This document shows positions 10,720 to 20,919 of a DNA stretch of 21,468 bases, piece after piece. Source of the stretch: Azolla caroliniana (lineage: Eukaryota; Plantae; Polypodiophyta). The position numbers and the translations under genes were made by a program. Position 1 is the stretch's first letter, and every line of letters begins with the position of its first letter. The notes below the pieces were generated by a model. It ran no database searches. It saw only the letters and a list, made by a program, of their open reading frames with translations, and was not told where the DNA came from. The stretch covers positions 1 through 21,468 of the forward strand of contig JBHGNT010000530.1 in assembly GCA_043228905.1 (NCBI GenBank), read 5' to 3'.

Positions 10720-11415
10720 CAATGATGTTGCAACCGATGAGGAGATAGCTGGCAACGTGGCTGAAAGTAAGAGTTTGGCTATCACATCTCCTTCAGATCA
10801 ACTCCACCCTATTCTTTTGGAAGATTGTATTGAATTTGGCAACGTTGTGAAAAGCCATGAAATACTGGACCCAACATGTAAATTTGAGGTTCATAACAAC
10901 TGTGTTTTTGAACACTTGATGCAACATTTCTTCGAATCCCAGAACCTTGATTCAACCCCACCGTGCCCAACTACCGATGATGTCCCACCAGATCCCACTC
11001 TACTTGAATAGCTAGCACAAGATGTGGCTGACGTGCAAGCCACTATTGAGGCGATGGAAAGGTTGTCGGAGGACACATTTGCGCAATGGGTGAAAGAAGC
11101 AAGGCTAAATGGGCAACCTTCTAGAAAAAGGCTATAGAAGGGGCTGCGATCGGGGACAAGACCAGTTACTTGGTCAACGGGCTCTTGAATTATTGATTAG
11201 TGGGATATAATTGTTAGCTATTTTCCTAGAAATTTATGAAGTTTTTTTATGATCTATTTGGACAAGTAAAACCTCAGATTGGTTGTTGCTTGATCCACAT
11301 TATGTAATGGAACTCATTGATGGATATTAAGATAATATTATTATTTTGTTGCATAATGAGACTTTTTACGACTTTGTGCGTGAATATGTTGGTGTTTTAT
11401 GATGTTGTAGAGTCT
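10720..11415 (+). pseudogene. Remnant of the accessory linker exon (NIF domain deleted)
   Basis: LEDCIEFGNVVKSHEILDPTCKFEVHNN...EHLMQHFFESQNLDSTPP matches ORF 5387..5758; homology stops at 11415. Confidence 0.7.
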
Positions 11416-11607
11416 AAAGGGTTTGAATCTAAAGAAGATTGTATATCAGAAAGAAGACTCCCAAATGATTTTATTAAGAAACAAGAACAGAATGAAGACG
11501 AAGACTATATATTAGAAAGCAGACTCCCAAACAATTTTATTAAATTGTTTTTTTGCAATACAACTACTTTGTCCACTTACAAGAAAACTGGTATGATCTC
11601 CTTGTTG

Positions 11608-14600
11608 CTACAAATTCCATGGCATACTGTTGTAAATACATTCATACACATTAGCACTAACTGTGTATAAAGCTGAGCAACTATTGTATTGCGACATCGG
11701 GACATTGATGTACTTGACCAAATGAGAGTACATGTACGCTACTAGTTTGTCTTCTAAAAACCTATACCCATAATCGTAATCATGTAGTCTTGCACAAAAA
11801 ATACCTTCGATGTAGAATGTCCCGGAAGATACCAAATTTCCCCAAGCTTCTACAATATTCTATGTTGCACATTATTTACAAACCATGTAGTTCAATATAT
11901 AGAAATCAACACCCTCTAAATTGCCTTCTTCTACATTGACAACGAAATTATTCCCAACGTTTATGATGTCACTCAGAGTATCTCCACATCCCTGATATGT
12001 GAAGTCAACATTATTTTCTGTTTCTCCATCAGCCACTTCCTTATCATTCAATGTATGGTACTCCCAATTCTGAATATATGCTTTGTTTAAACAATACCTC
12101 CAATTTCCCTACACACAATGGAAGCAAAAACAAGTTAATTCTCTAACGACAATACAACCTAGAATAACCCCAAACAACATGGAGAGATCGCAATTTAGGA
12201 ACTCCTTTGCATTCCCATGTCTTTGACCAATTTATTTCATCAATCCTCACTTCCTAAAATACGTGTTTGATATCTCTGACCTGCGAGGAATAAACACCAG
12301 TTGCACTCGTTGACATATTCGTTCTTAAAAATTCGACTACATGTGATGCACAATTCATATGCACACCATCTGCCTTTAGTTGTTCATGAGTAAGTGCCCG
12401 CTTTACAACTGCACCTGCTCCATCATGTTCACCTTTACCATGGCCGAACCCAAAAAAATTCCATCTCATCTCCAAACCTATTATAGAAGGATACCTCCCA
12501 ACAAAATAAAATAGACGTCTAGCCTTGAATTGTGATGCAGCTTCGTCAGACCAGACCGAATGTTGAGTAAGCTCCAAATGTTGACATAATAACCATTGCC
12601 AATGTAACTTAAAAACAATCTTGGGCAAACAAGGTATCATGCTTCTTATCATTAGAAATAAAAAAACGAATTACTTTCTTAACATCACTTGAAACTCGAA
12701 AATATGTTATGTGCACAAAAATGGTTACTTGCACTGAACACCAAAGCATGGATTGAATTTCATTCTACTCATTGAAAGTATAATTCTCTGCGAAATCTAC
12801 TATTGAGACTACTACATCATTTGGAAAATCAGATATGAAAGTCTTAAACTGATGGGCATGCCATGAATAAATGTAGTTGTGTTTAATGAACTTTCCTATA
12901 GCTACTACAAATAGAGATGCCAAATCCCTTGGTTTAAGCGACTTCCTAACTAGATTGTTTCTTTTACACACCTTTCCTTCGAAATTGGTGTCCACACACC
13001 TTTCCTTCCTAAGCGTCTCACAAAATGTGTCTTAAGATACTCGAATGTTCGTAGTTGAACTTTGATATTTGGATGCATTCGCTTAAACCTAATAAATAAA
13101 TCTGCCTACGTAATAAAAAGGGAGTCTAGTGAGTGTTCTAATGCTATCTGATGTAGTTAGTTAGATATAGTGTGGTAGCTAATTAGTTATGATCATACAC
13201 ACGTGTAGCTAATTAATTATTTTGATGTAGCTAATTAGTTATTACAAGTAGCTAGTTAGTTATGATTAAATTCCGATGTAGCTAATTAGCTATTACCATT
13301 AGCTAATTAGCAATTATGGTAGCTAATTAGCTAATAATAGCTAGTTAGCTATTGGCAATAACTATTTAGTTTTTACTAGTACCTCATTAGCTATAGCCAT
13401 ATTCTGATGCTAATTAGCAATGGTTGTACCTAATTAGTTGATAATAGCTAGTTAGTTATTGCTCGTAGCTAATTACCTATTAAGAGTAGCTAATTACCAA
13501 TTACCAATAACTAATTAGCTATTAAGAGAAGCTAACTGCCTATTACCAATAGCTAATTAGCTATTGCCAATAGTAATTAGCTATGATTATATTCTGATGT
13601 AGCTAATAGCTAATTAGTTGTTAATAGCTAGTTAGCTATTGGCAATAACTATTTAACTATTACTAGTAGGTAGTTAGCTATGGTCATATTCTAATGTTAA
13701 TTAGCAACAGTTGTAGCTAATTAGCTGATAATAGCTAGTTAGTTATTGCCAGTAGCTAATTAGCTATTACTAGTAGTTAATGAGCTATTAAGAGTATCTA
13801 ATTACCTATTAACAATAGCTAATTAGCTATTACGAGTAGCTAGTTAGCTATTTCCAATAGCTAATTAGCTATGATCATAATCTTATGTAGCTAATTAGCT
13901 ATTGTGGTAGCTAATTAGTTGACAATAACTAGTTAGCTATTGGCAATAGCTATTTAGTTATTGGAAATAGTTATTTAGCTATTACCTAGTGATTGTAATC
14001 TCAATAGTGTATAGACTTGTGACAATAAGCTCAATAATCAAAACAAAAGATGAGATAAATGTAAATACCTGATGTACATACATCCTTCCAACAAGAGTGA
14101 AAAAGATGAATGGGATGCTCCTCGTATTGACTCCTTCCAACATGTTTCTTGCATAAATCTTTCTTATTGTGTGAAACCTTACTCTCATTAGTCCAAAATA
14201 TGGTGATTATATCCTTGATTTCTAATGTTATGGGTGTTAGTAGCTTACATCTTGTTGGTAGCTTTAGCAGACTACTTCCTGCACCACTTGAAATAATCTG
14301 GTTCATTGTATTCTACACACTTTTTCTACTAACACAGATTACCTTAGATAGCACATTGATGTTAAGATCGTCAACATCACTATTAAGTAACATCATTAGA
14401 CTAGACCTTTTAAGTTAAGATCATCTTCTGACCTGCTCATGGATACGAAACTATCATGGAGATTATTTACTAGTATAGATGTTATGTTTGCATTGAGACC
14501 ATCACAATCAACTTACTCCTTTATCGATGGATAATTTAATATTCCATAAAGTACTACTTTCTTGTCTTCATTGTTGATGTGTTTGGTCTGAACATTGATA

Positions 14601-14860
14601 TAACCTACAACCTTTCTCTCTATGATAATAGTCTCATTACTTCCATTCTCAGTGGTATTCAAACCTACATCGCAATCAATACTATCCTTACCTTTAGTGA
14701 ATGTGTCTTTCTTATCCTTTAACATTTGACGATGTTTCCTTTTTTTTTTGCCCAATACTTTTGTATTGCTTATGTACTAATAATGTCATCCCTATCCTGA
14801 TGATCCATGAGGGCTGTTGGTAAACACCCTCCTTCCCCTTCCATTTGGCTTGGCATATTC
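11608..14860 (-). pseudogene. DDD-type DNA transposase pseudogene (Sola2-like by recollection of motifs; superfamily uncertain), intron-containing; start approximate
   Basis: Ordered motifs: FWTNESKVSHNKKDLCKKHVGRSQYEEHPIHL (~14200-14100); ADLFIRFKRMHPNIKVQLRTFEYLK (from 13105); DFAENYTF..NEIQSMLW..QVTI; FISNDKKHD; WSDEAASQFK; WNFFGFGHGKGEHDGAGAVVKR; RELTCFCFHC..GNWRYCLN; ends MPWNL* at 11608. Many stops and frameshifts. Confidence 0.82.
13170..13985. repeat. Second AGCTAATTAGCT / AGCTAGTTAGCT palindrome array, within a predicted transposase intron
   Basis: Dense near-tandem copies with spacers such as ATTGGCAAT, ATTACCAAT and ATTAAGAGT. Confidence 0.92.
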
Positions 14861-15011
14861 ATTAGTAAATTCAAACAAAAAAAGACATGCAGCTAGTTAC
14901 TATACCACATGCAAACCGGTTATTGACAGGAGTGATCCCACCATTTGCAAGAGCACATAGTGGCGATAAGTTTATGTTTGTTGTTGTCATGAAGACATAC
15001 ATGTATATTTT

Positions 15012-15078
15012 GGCTTATTAGGAGTCGAACCCACAACTTCTTGGCCTATGTGTTGAACCTTTAACCATTGTAATAACA
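15012..15078 (-). other. tRNA-derived fragment with a clean B box
   Basis: Minus strand reads ACAATGGTTAAAG...GTTGTGGGTTCGACTCC. Confidence 0.5.
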
Positions 15079-15272
15079 TATATGATGCGTAGTTATAATA
15101 ATTATATTTTTAGTGATTACAAGATATTTGCAATATTCTAGAACATTCTTGAATATTTCATGATTATGTTTATTATCATAAATATCTAAAATATTCCAGG
15201 ACATTCTAGAATACTCCATAAGGATCTATAAATAGGTGTCTATACATTCATCGCAACTCATTCGGTTCAAAC
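15016..15272 (+). mobile_element. LTR-like fragment (U3/TATA region) abutting the Gypsy segment
   Basis: Repeated ATATTCTAGAACATTCT-type motifs and a CTATAAATAGG TATA box at ~15226, a style common in plant LTRs. Confidence 0.4.
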
Positions 15273-15295
15273 TGTCATGACTCGTGAGTAGGAGA
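15273..15295 (+). repeat. Left 23-bp terminal inverted repeat TGTCATGACTCGTGAGTAGGAGA
   Basis: 21/23 identical to the reverse complement of 19487-19509. Confidence 0.85.
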
Positions 15296-15380
15296 GAGAG
15301 AGAGAGATAGGAAATGGAAATGGTATTATATTATGAGAAAACAAGGTTACAAAGAGTAGGCTAAGGGCTAAAGACTAGTG

Positions 15381-15518
15381 TCCTCTTCCAATAACCCTAG
15401 CATGCTTTTTTCTTTTTCCTTCTTTTTCCTCTTCCAATAACCCTAGCATGCTTTTTTCTTTTTCCTTCTTTTTCCTCTTCCAATAACCCTAGCAAGCTTT
15501 TTTCTTTCTCCTTCTTTA
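15381..15518 (+). repeat. 46-bp tandem repeat, 3 copies
   Basis: TCCTCTTCCAATAACCCTAGCATGCTTTTTTCTTTTTCCTTCTTTT starting at 15381, 15427 and 15473 (third copy diverged). Confidence 0.92.
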
Positions 15519-15535
15519 TTTTTTCCCTCACAGTT

Positions 15536-16603
15536 ATGGAGTCTGTCAACAAGAAAGAATATATGTGTGTCCTTTCTGAGCTCGACATGCTCACGATTAA
15601 GTTTGTGGCATTAGAGCAAGAAAATCAAAGGCTACTCGGGGATCTACAACACGTGAGTATTGAGAAAGCTCGCCAATATGAGAAGTTATCACAACGGGTT
15701 CATCAACTTGAGGCTACTATATTAGCATCATGAGAACAAGTGGCGGGGGTTCAAAACTCCCCAAGGGAACCAAAGATTAGCCTCCCTGCCAAGTTTGATG
15801 GTACAAGATCTCTGTTTTGAGGTTTCCTGAATCAAGTCCCTTTGGTGATTCAGTTACATCCCAATCAATACCCAACTAATGCTGCTCGTGAGGTATTACT
15901 AGGAACCTTGCTAAGGGGTACAACATTAGCATGGTTTGCACCACTTCTCGAGAAGAAATCACCATTGTTGGAGGATTTCGAGGCATTCGTTAAGGAGTTT
16001 CAAGCTAGCTTCGGAGACACCGATAGCACTAGGACAACAATAAACAAGATTCGAAAACTCCGACAAGGAGATCGTCCTACTTTAGCTTACGCAACAGATT
16101 TCCATCTATTGGCATGCAACATCCCTTGGGATGAGGCAACTTGAATGGATCAATTCCGTTAGGGTTTGCGTAACGATGTCAAAGATCTTCTTCTTACTTT
16201 CCAAGACAATCCGAAGTCTCTTACAGAGGCAATTAGTCGAGTTGTGCGATGTGATAATCGCCTATTTGAGTGACGTTCTGAACACCAAGAAATGTTATGC
16301 CGCCAACCGGAACAGATGTATGCTTCAATAGTCACAACGCCGCTACAAGTTCCTAGATCCATTATGGGGGATGGTCCCACTCCGATGGAAATAAAGTCAA
16401 CACAACGTCGAGGGCCCTTATTAGATGTTGAGATACAATGACATCAAGCACACCACCTATGCCGATATTGTGGTGGTCCAAGACATATAGCCATAAATTG
16501 TCCACATAAACCCATGCGTCAAGTATACCAAGTAAGTGGACATGAAAACCCTACCTCGAGCCAATTAGAGGATGTGTTAAACGAATAAGTTCGGCCAAAA
16601 TAG
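15536..16603 (+). pseudogene. gag: Gypsy gag (coiled coil, capsid, CCHC zinc knuckle)
   Basis: Single frame with in-frame stops: EPKISLPAKFDG, LAWFAPLLE, IRKLRQG, GLRNDVKD, GPTPMEI, CRYCGGPRHIAINC. Confidence 0.88.
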
Positions 16604-19484
16604 GAGCCATTTGGTTGGAGCATCCTAGATATGTAGAGTCAGTACCTAGTTATGGTTCCATTTCATCAAATCAAATTAGTAGAGCTTTTTCTACACAAGT
16701 TGAGCTTAGCACATCTACAGGTCATCGAGTCCTAGCCTTTGCCCTCCTAGATCCAGAGCCGATTCTTGTTTCATGGATCACGAGTTTGCATTGACCCAAA
16801 ACATCCACTTGAATAAGCTCTCGAACCTAGTAGATGTAGGAGTCATCGATGGTCGCCCTATAGCATCAGGTGATATAGTCGAAGAGTTTGAACCAATTCC
16901 TGTAGTCCGAGGTAATTTGGCAAGTGTCATCTCAATCAACATCATTAGTAGTCTAGAGCACTCCTTACATAACCCAACTATTGATTGGAGAAAAAGAACT
17001 ATTGAAAAGGTCACGATACAGTCTGAATCTCTTGAAACTCCAACAAAGGATCTGGGATCCCACACGATTTCAACAATATCTATACATCAGTTACGTGAGG
17101 ATGGAAGGAAAGAAGACATGTTTGTGTTTGTGGTTTTAACAACTCCATCTAACTCACAAGAGTTGGGGGTCCAACTACCAAAGAAGTATATAGAATTCTC
17201 CGATGTGTTCAATAAGGTGAAGCCTAATAGACTACCAGAGCATCGACCATATGATTTCCTGATTGATTTGCAGCCAAGAAAAGAGCCTCCATGGGGGCCA
17301 AATTATAACCTTTCGCCCACAGAGTTAGAGGTTCTTCGAAAATATATCGATGAGAACCTTGCAAATGGTTTTATCCAACATTCAAGATCTCCTACTGGTG
17401 TCGTTAAGAAGAAAGATGGTATGCTTCGTATGGTCGTGGATTATCGGGGCTTGAATAAAGTGACTATTAGAAACCGATATGCTCTACCATTGATCTCAAG
17501 CCTGCTGGAATGCCTCAATGGGGAAAAATATTTCACGAAGTTAGATCTTCGAGGTTCCTACAACCTTGTTCGAATTCATCCTGGGGATGAATGGAAGACT
17601 GCTTATGCACTCGCTATGGTCATTTTGAGTACACAGTGATGCCATTTGGTCTCATGAATGCGCCAATAGTCTTCCAACATATGGCGAATGAAATTTTTCA
17701 AGACTTTCTCGATATCTTGATCATAGTTTATCTGGATGATAACTTGATCTACTCAAAAACTCAAGAGGAGCATGAGATACACGTTCGCCAAGTTTTGCAG
17801 CAGTTGCGAGAGTATGGTCTCTATGCAAAATTGGAGAAGTGTAGTTTCGACCAATGTCAAGCGGAATTTTTGGGGTACATAGTCTCTTCAAATGGCATCT
17901 CTATGGATCCATCAAAGGTTCAAACAATTATGGATTGGCAAACACCACAGTCTGTGTGAGATGTACAATGTTTTGTGGGGTTCGCAAACTTATATCGCAA
18001 GTTCATCAAAGATTATTCAAAGATTGTATTGCCCCTCACTCAACTGACGCAAAAGAATCGACCATTTGTATGGAGTCCAGAGGTGAACTCTGCATTTGAG
18101 GGATTAAAGCAAGCATTTACATCTGCACCAATTTTAATGCATGTTGATCCAATGAGGCGCTTTATACTTGAAGCTAATGCATCTGACTTCGCACTCGGAA
18201 GCGTACTATCCCAGATTAGTGATGATGGCGAACTGCACCCTGTGGCTTTTCACTCACTGAAATTTGAAGCCGCAGAAATCAACTATGAGATTCACGACAA
18301 AGAGCTTCTTCCCATTGAGGATTCTTTTCAACAATGTCGTCATCTTTTGGAGGGTTCTTCTGAATAGATTATTGTCTACAATGATCACAAAAATCTAACA
18401 TACTTCCAAAGTGCTCGAGTCTTGAATCGTCGACAAGCTCGTAGGGCGCAGTTCTTAACTCGTTTTGATTTCGTAATTCTATATCGCCTTGGGATGCAAC
18501 AAGGAAAAGTAGATGTTTTATCTCGACATTCATATATGGAACTTCAGCCAAAAGTGGCTGCATTTCAAAGTCGGAAGCAAATCCTCTTAGGTCCTGATCG
18601 TCTACGACTAATGGCAATGAATACTATCAACACACCAAGAGATTCAAGGCTTCTTGATTCCACTCGGGAGCATATTGTGACTGATGCATTCGCCCAAGAT
18701 TTTTTGAACCATATTATCCCAAATCGTGCTTCCAGCTCCCAATCTCAAAATCCTCATCTAGATTACATCCAGTTCAGTTGGCAAGATGGTTTACTTTTTC
18801 GACAAAATCTCTCGTATGTGCCTAACGGTCCTTCTCAACTCGAAGTGGTGCAACAATGTCATGACACACCAATGGCGGGACATTTTGGCATCCACAAGAC
18901 TTTTGAGTTGATTTCTCACCAATATTGGTGATCACAGCTTCGCCATTATTGAGTTGTTACCGATTATGTTAGTAGTTGTGAGACATGTTGTCGATGAAAA
19001 AAGCCTCGACATCATCCAAATGGCTTATTACAGCCAATGCCTATTCCCGAGAGCCCATGGAAATCTATTTCCTTGGACTTTATTACGGATCTTTCGCATT
19101 CCAAGGGTTTACGAAGATGGCGCATTTCCTTCCATGCACGAAGACCATTACTAGCTAAGAGACAACCGAGAGGTGTTTCGCCATCACGGTCTTCCAGATG
19201 ATATTATCATTGATCGGGGTCCCCAATTCATCTCAAAATTTTGGCGGCACATGTTCAAACTCTTACATACTTCTTGTAAACTCTCTTCTGGCTACCATCC
19301 ACAGACTAATAGGTAGAGTGAGTGCACCAACCAAACAGTCGAACAATATCTTCGTTGTTTTGTCAACTGTCAACAAGATGATTGGGTTGATCTATTACAT
19401 TTGGCGGAATTTTCTTACAACAACTCCGAACATTCTTCTACTAGATATTCCCCATTTTTTGTGAACATTGGGTACCATCGTCGT
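16579..19484 (+). pseudogene. pol: Gypsy pol (protease, reverse transcriptase, RNase H, integrase), frameshifted and truncated
   Basis: ALLDP(G)A protease site ~16741; VDYRGLN, KLDLR, MPFGL, VYLDD; EANASDFALG, NYEIHDKELL; HDTPMAGHFG..CETC; [21 protein letters not shown]. Confidence 0.92.
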
Positions 19485-19486
19485 TG

Positions 19487-19509
19487 TCTTCTACTCATGA
19501 GTCATGACA
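19487..19509 (-). repeat. Right 23-bp terminal inverted repeat
   Basis: TCTTCTACTCATGAGTCATGACA. Confidence 0.85.
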
Positions 19510-19659
19510 ACTACAACGGAGTGAAAGCTACTCAACCACCATTGGGACCGAACAACGATGACTATTTGCAACAACAATACGCAAAATTATTCCGCAATAC
19601 ACAAGATTATACACAACAATACACAAGATCAACAAATGAAGATGTAGATGTAATGGCTA

Positions 19660-19985
19660 CCAGTTGGAGCGAATAGTGGCAACAATCCAAGACCGAACAA
19701 TGGCAATAGCTGTGTGAACAATGGCCGCAATGGAGGAACTAACTAAGTCAGATCGAATAATGGAAGCAATTTAGAACCGAACAGTGGTGACAACTGAGAG
19801 TACAATGGTGACAATAGAGCGAACTCCATTGGATAAAACAATGGTAGCAATCTAGGACTGAACAGTGGTGGCAACTGAGTGTACAATGGCGGCAATGGAG
19901 GAGTGAACTCAATAGGGGCGAATGGTGGCAATAATCTAAGCCTAAATAGTCACAAAGGGATGGCCAATGTGATGTGGCAATGGAT
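19660..19985 (+). repeat. Imperfect tandem repeat (~81-bp period) built on AAT/AGT-GGT-GGC-AA motifs
   Basis: AACAGTGGTGACAACTGAGAGTACAATGGTGACAAT at 19780 versus AACAGTGGTGGCAACTGAGTGTACAATGGCGGCAAT at 19861. Confidence 0.7.
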
Positions 19986-20335
19986 CATGCATAATGGACC
20001 TAGGAATTTGGTATATAATTAATGGTGCACATTTATGGTGTTGATTTATATAATTAAAACATTCTAATGTTTTCATTCATGGTGCAAACATGACTATTTA
20101 TCACTGGTAGCTTTTTGCATAGCTAATTAGCTATGTTAAGGACAAAGCTAATTGTTTCCACTGCCGTGCTTTCACCCCACTAATATTTATCTGTTTTGCC
20201 CTTTGCTCAATAGCTTTCTACGTTGTCTGCCGCTCATAGCCTTCCAACTCCAGTGTTACTTGTAGTTGGTCATCTTCAAACTCTTCCAACAAATTCCAGA
20301 CCTAGTTTATTTCTACCTGGATCATGGCGTTGTCG

Positions 20336-20915
20336 TGTGGTTTTTCACACACGATATGAAAACTAGTAAAATAATTATTTATGATTAGCTTAATATATTG
20401 ATATGGAAAGATAGATGTGTTCAAGACCTTCATAATGTATTTTACTACGCATGAATTGGATAAATAAGTATCAAGTTATGTGAGTGAGAAGTTTGAAGAG
20501 AAAAAAAAAAAGAAATACAAACTGTGAGATATCCCACATAGATAGGTCAACATTGGAACGCAGGATATATAAGGGAAACCAAAACATGTTCATTCTATGA
20601 ATGTGTGGAGCACAGAATGTTCAAGGTGACTTGGGCTACACTGTGTGGTGTTGACGCTTCGGGCGTACGTGCGTATGTACGGTTGCGTGGATGTTTTCAG
20701 ACGTATGCGTGTGTGCAAGTTTTGGGCGTACGTGTGCACGATTGTGTGGACGTTTCAGATGGACGCGTGTATGTGGACGAGCACGTGGATGCATACATTG
20801 CGCGGTCAGGACTTTTGTGCGCGGATGCGTCTACGGTTTGGTTGCGACGCACGTACGGATTGCGCACGAGCTAAACTTTATGGATGATTGTATCATTTGG
20901 CCGAATTATACGGAC
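20336..20915 (+). mobile_element. Second, diverged copy of the LTR-like repeat at 9350 (may extend past the window)
   Basis: Shared blocks TTCACACAC, CAAGTTATGTG, GAGATATCCCACATAGA, AGAATGTTCAAGGTGACTTG and GAGCTAAACT..GGATGA. Confidence 0.65.
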
Positions 20916-20919
20916 GGTC

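Larger units (their letters stand above)
10530..14870 (-). mobile_element. DNA transposon copy B, inverted relative to copy A, with an internally deleted accessory gene; ends not defined
   Basis: Contains the transposase pseudogene, AGCTAATTAGCT motifs at 10530-10700 and 13170-13985, and inverted homology to copy A. Confidence 0.72.
15273..19509 (+). mobile_element. Ty3/Gypsy retrotransposon (chromovirus, Tcn1/Tf2-like), decayed, integrase C-terminus missing, bounded by inverted repeats
   Basis: Domain order gag-PR-RT-RH-IN; begins TGTCATGA and ends TCATGACA. Confidence 0.9.

Noticed and set aside
15397-15594. Lys/Glu-rich minus-strand ORF
   Set aside because: Translation of the 46-bp pyrimidine-rich tandem repeat
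15268-19514. 4-5 bp target-site duplication around the Gypsy segment
   Set aside because: Flanks are CAAAC and ACTAC; only AC abuts both ends, which could be chance
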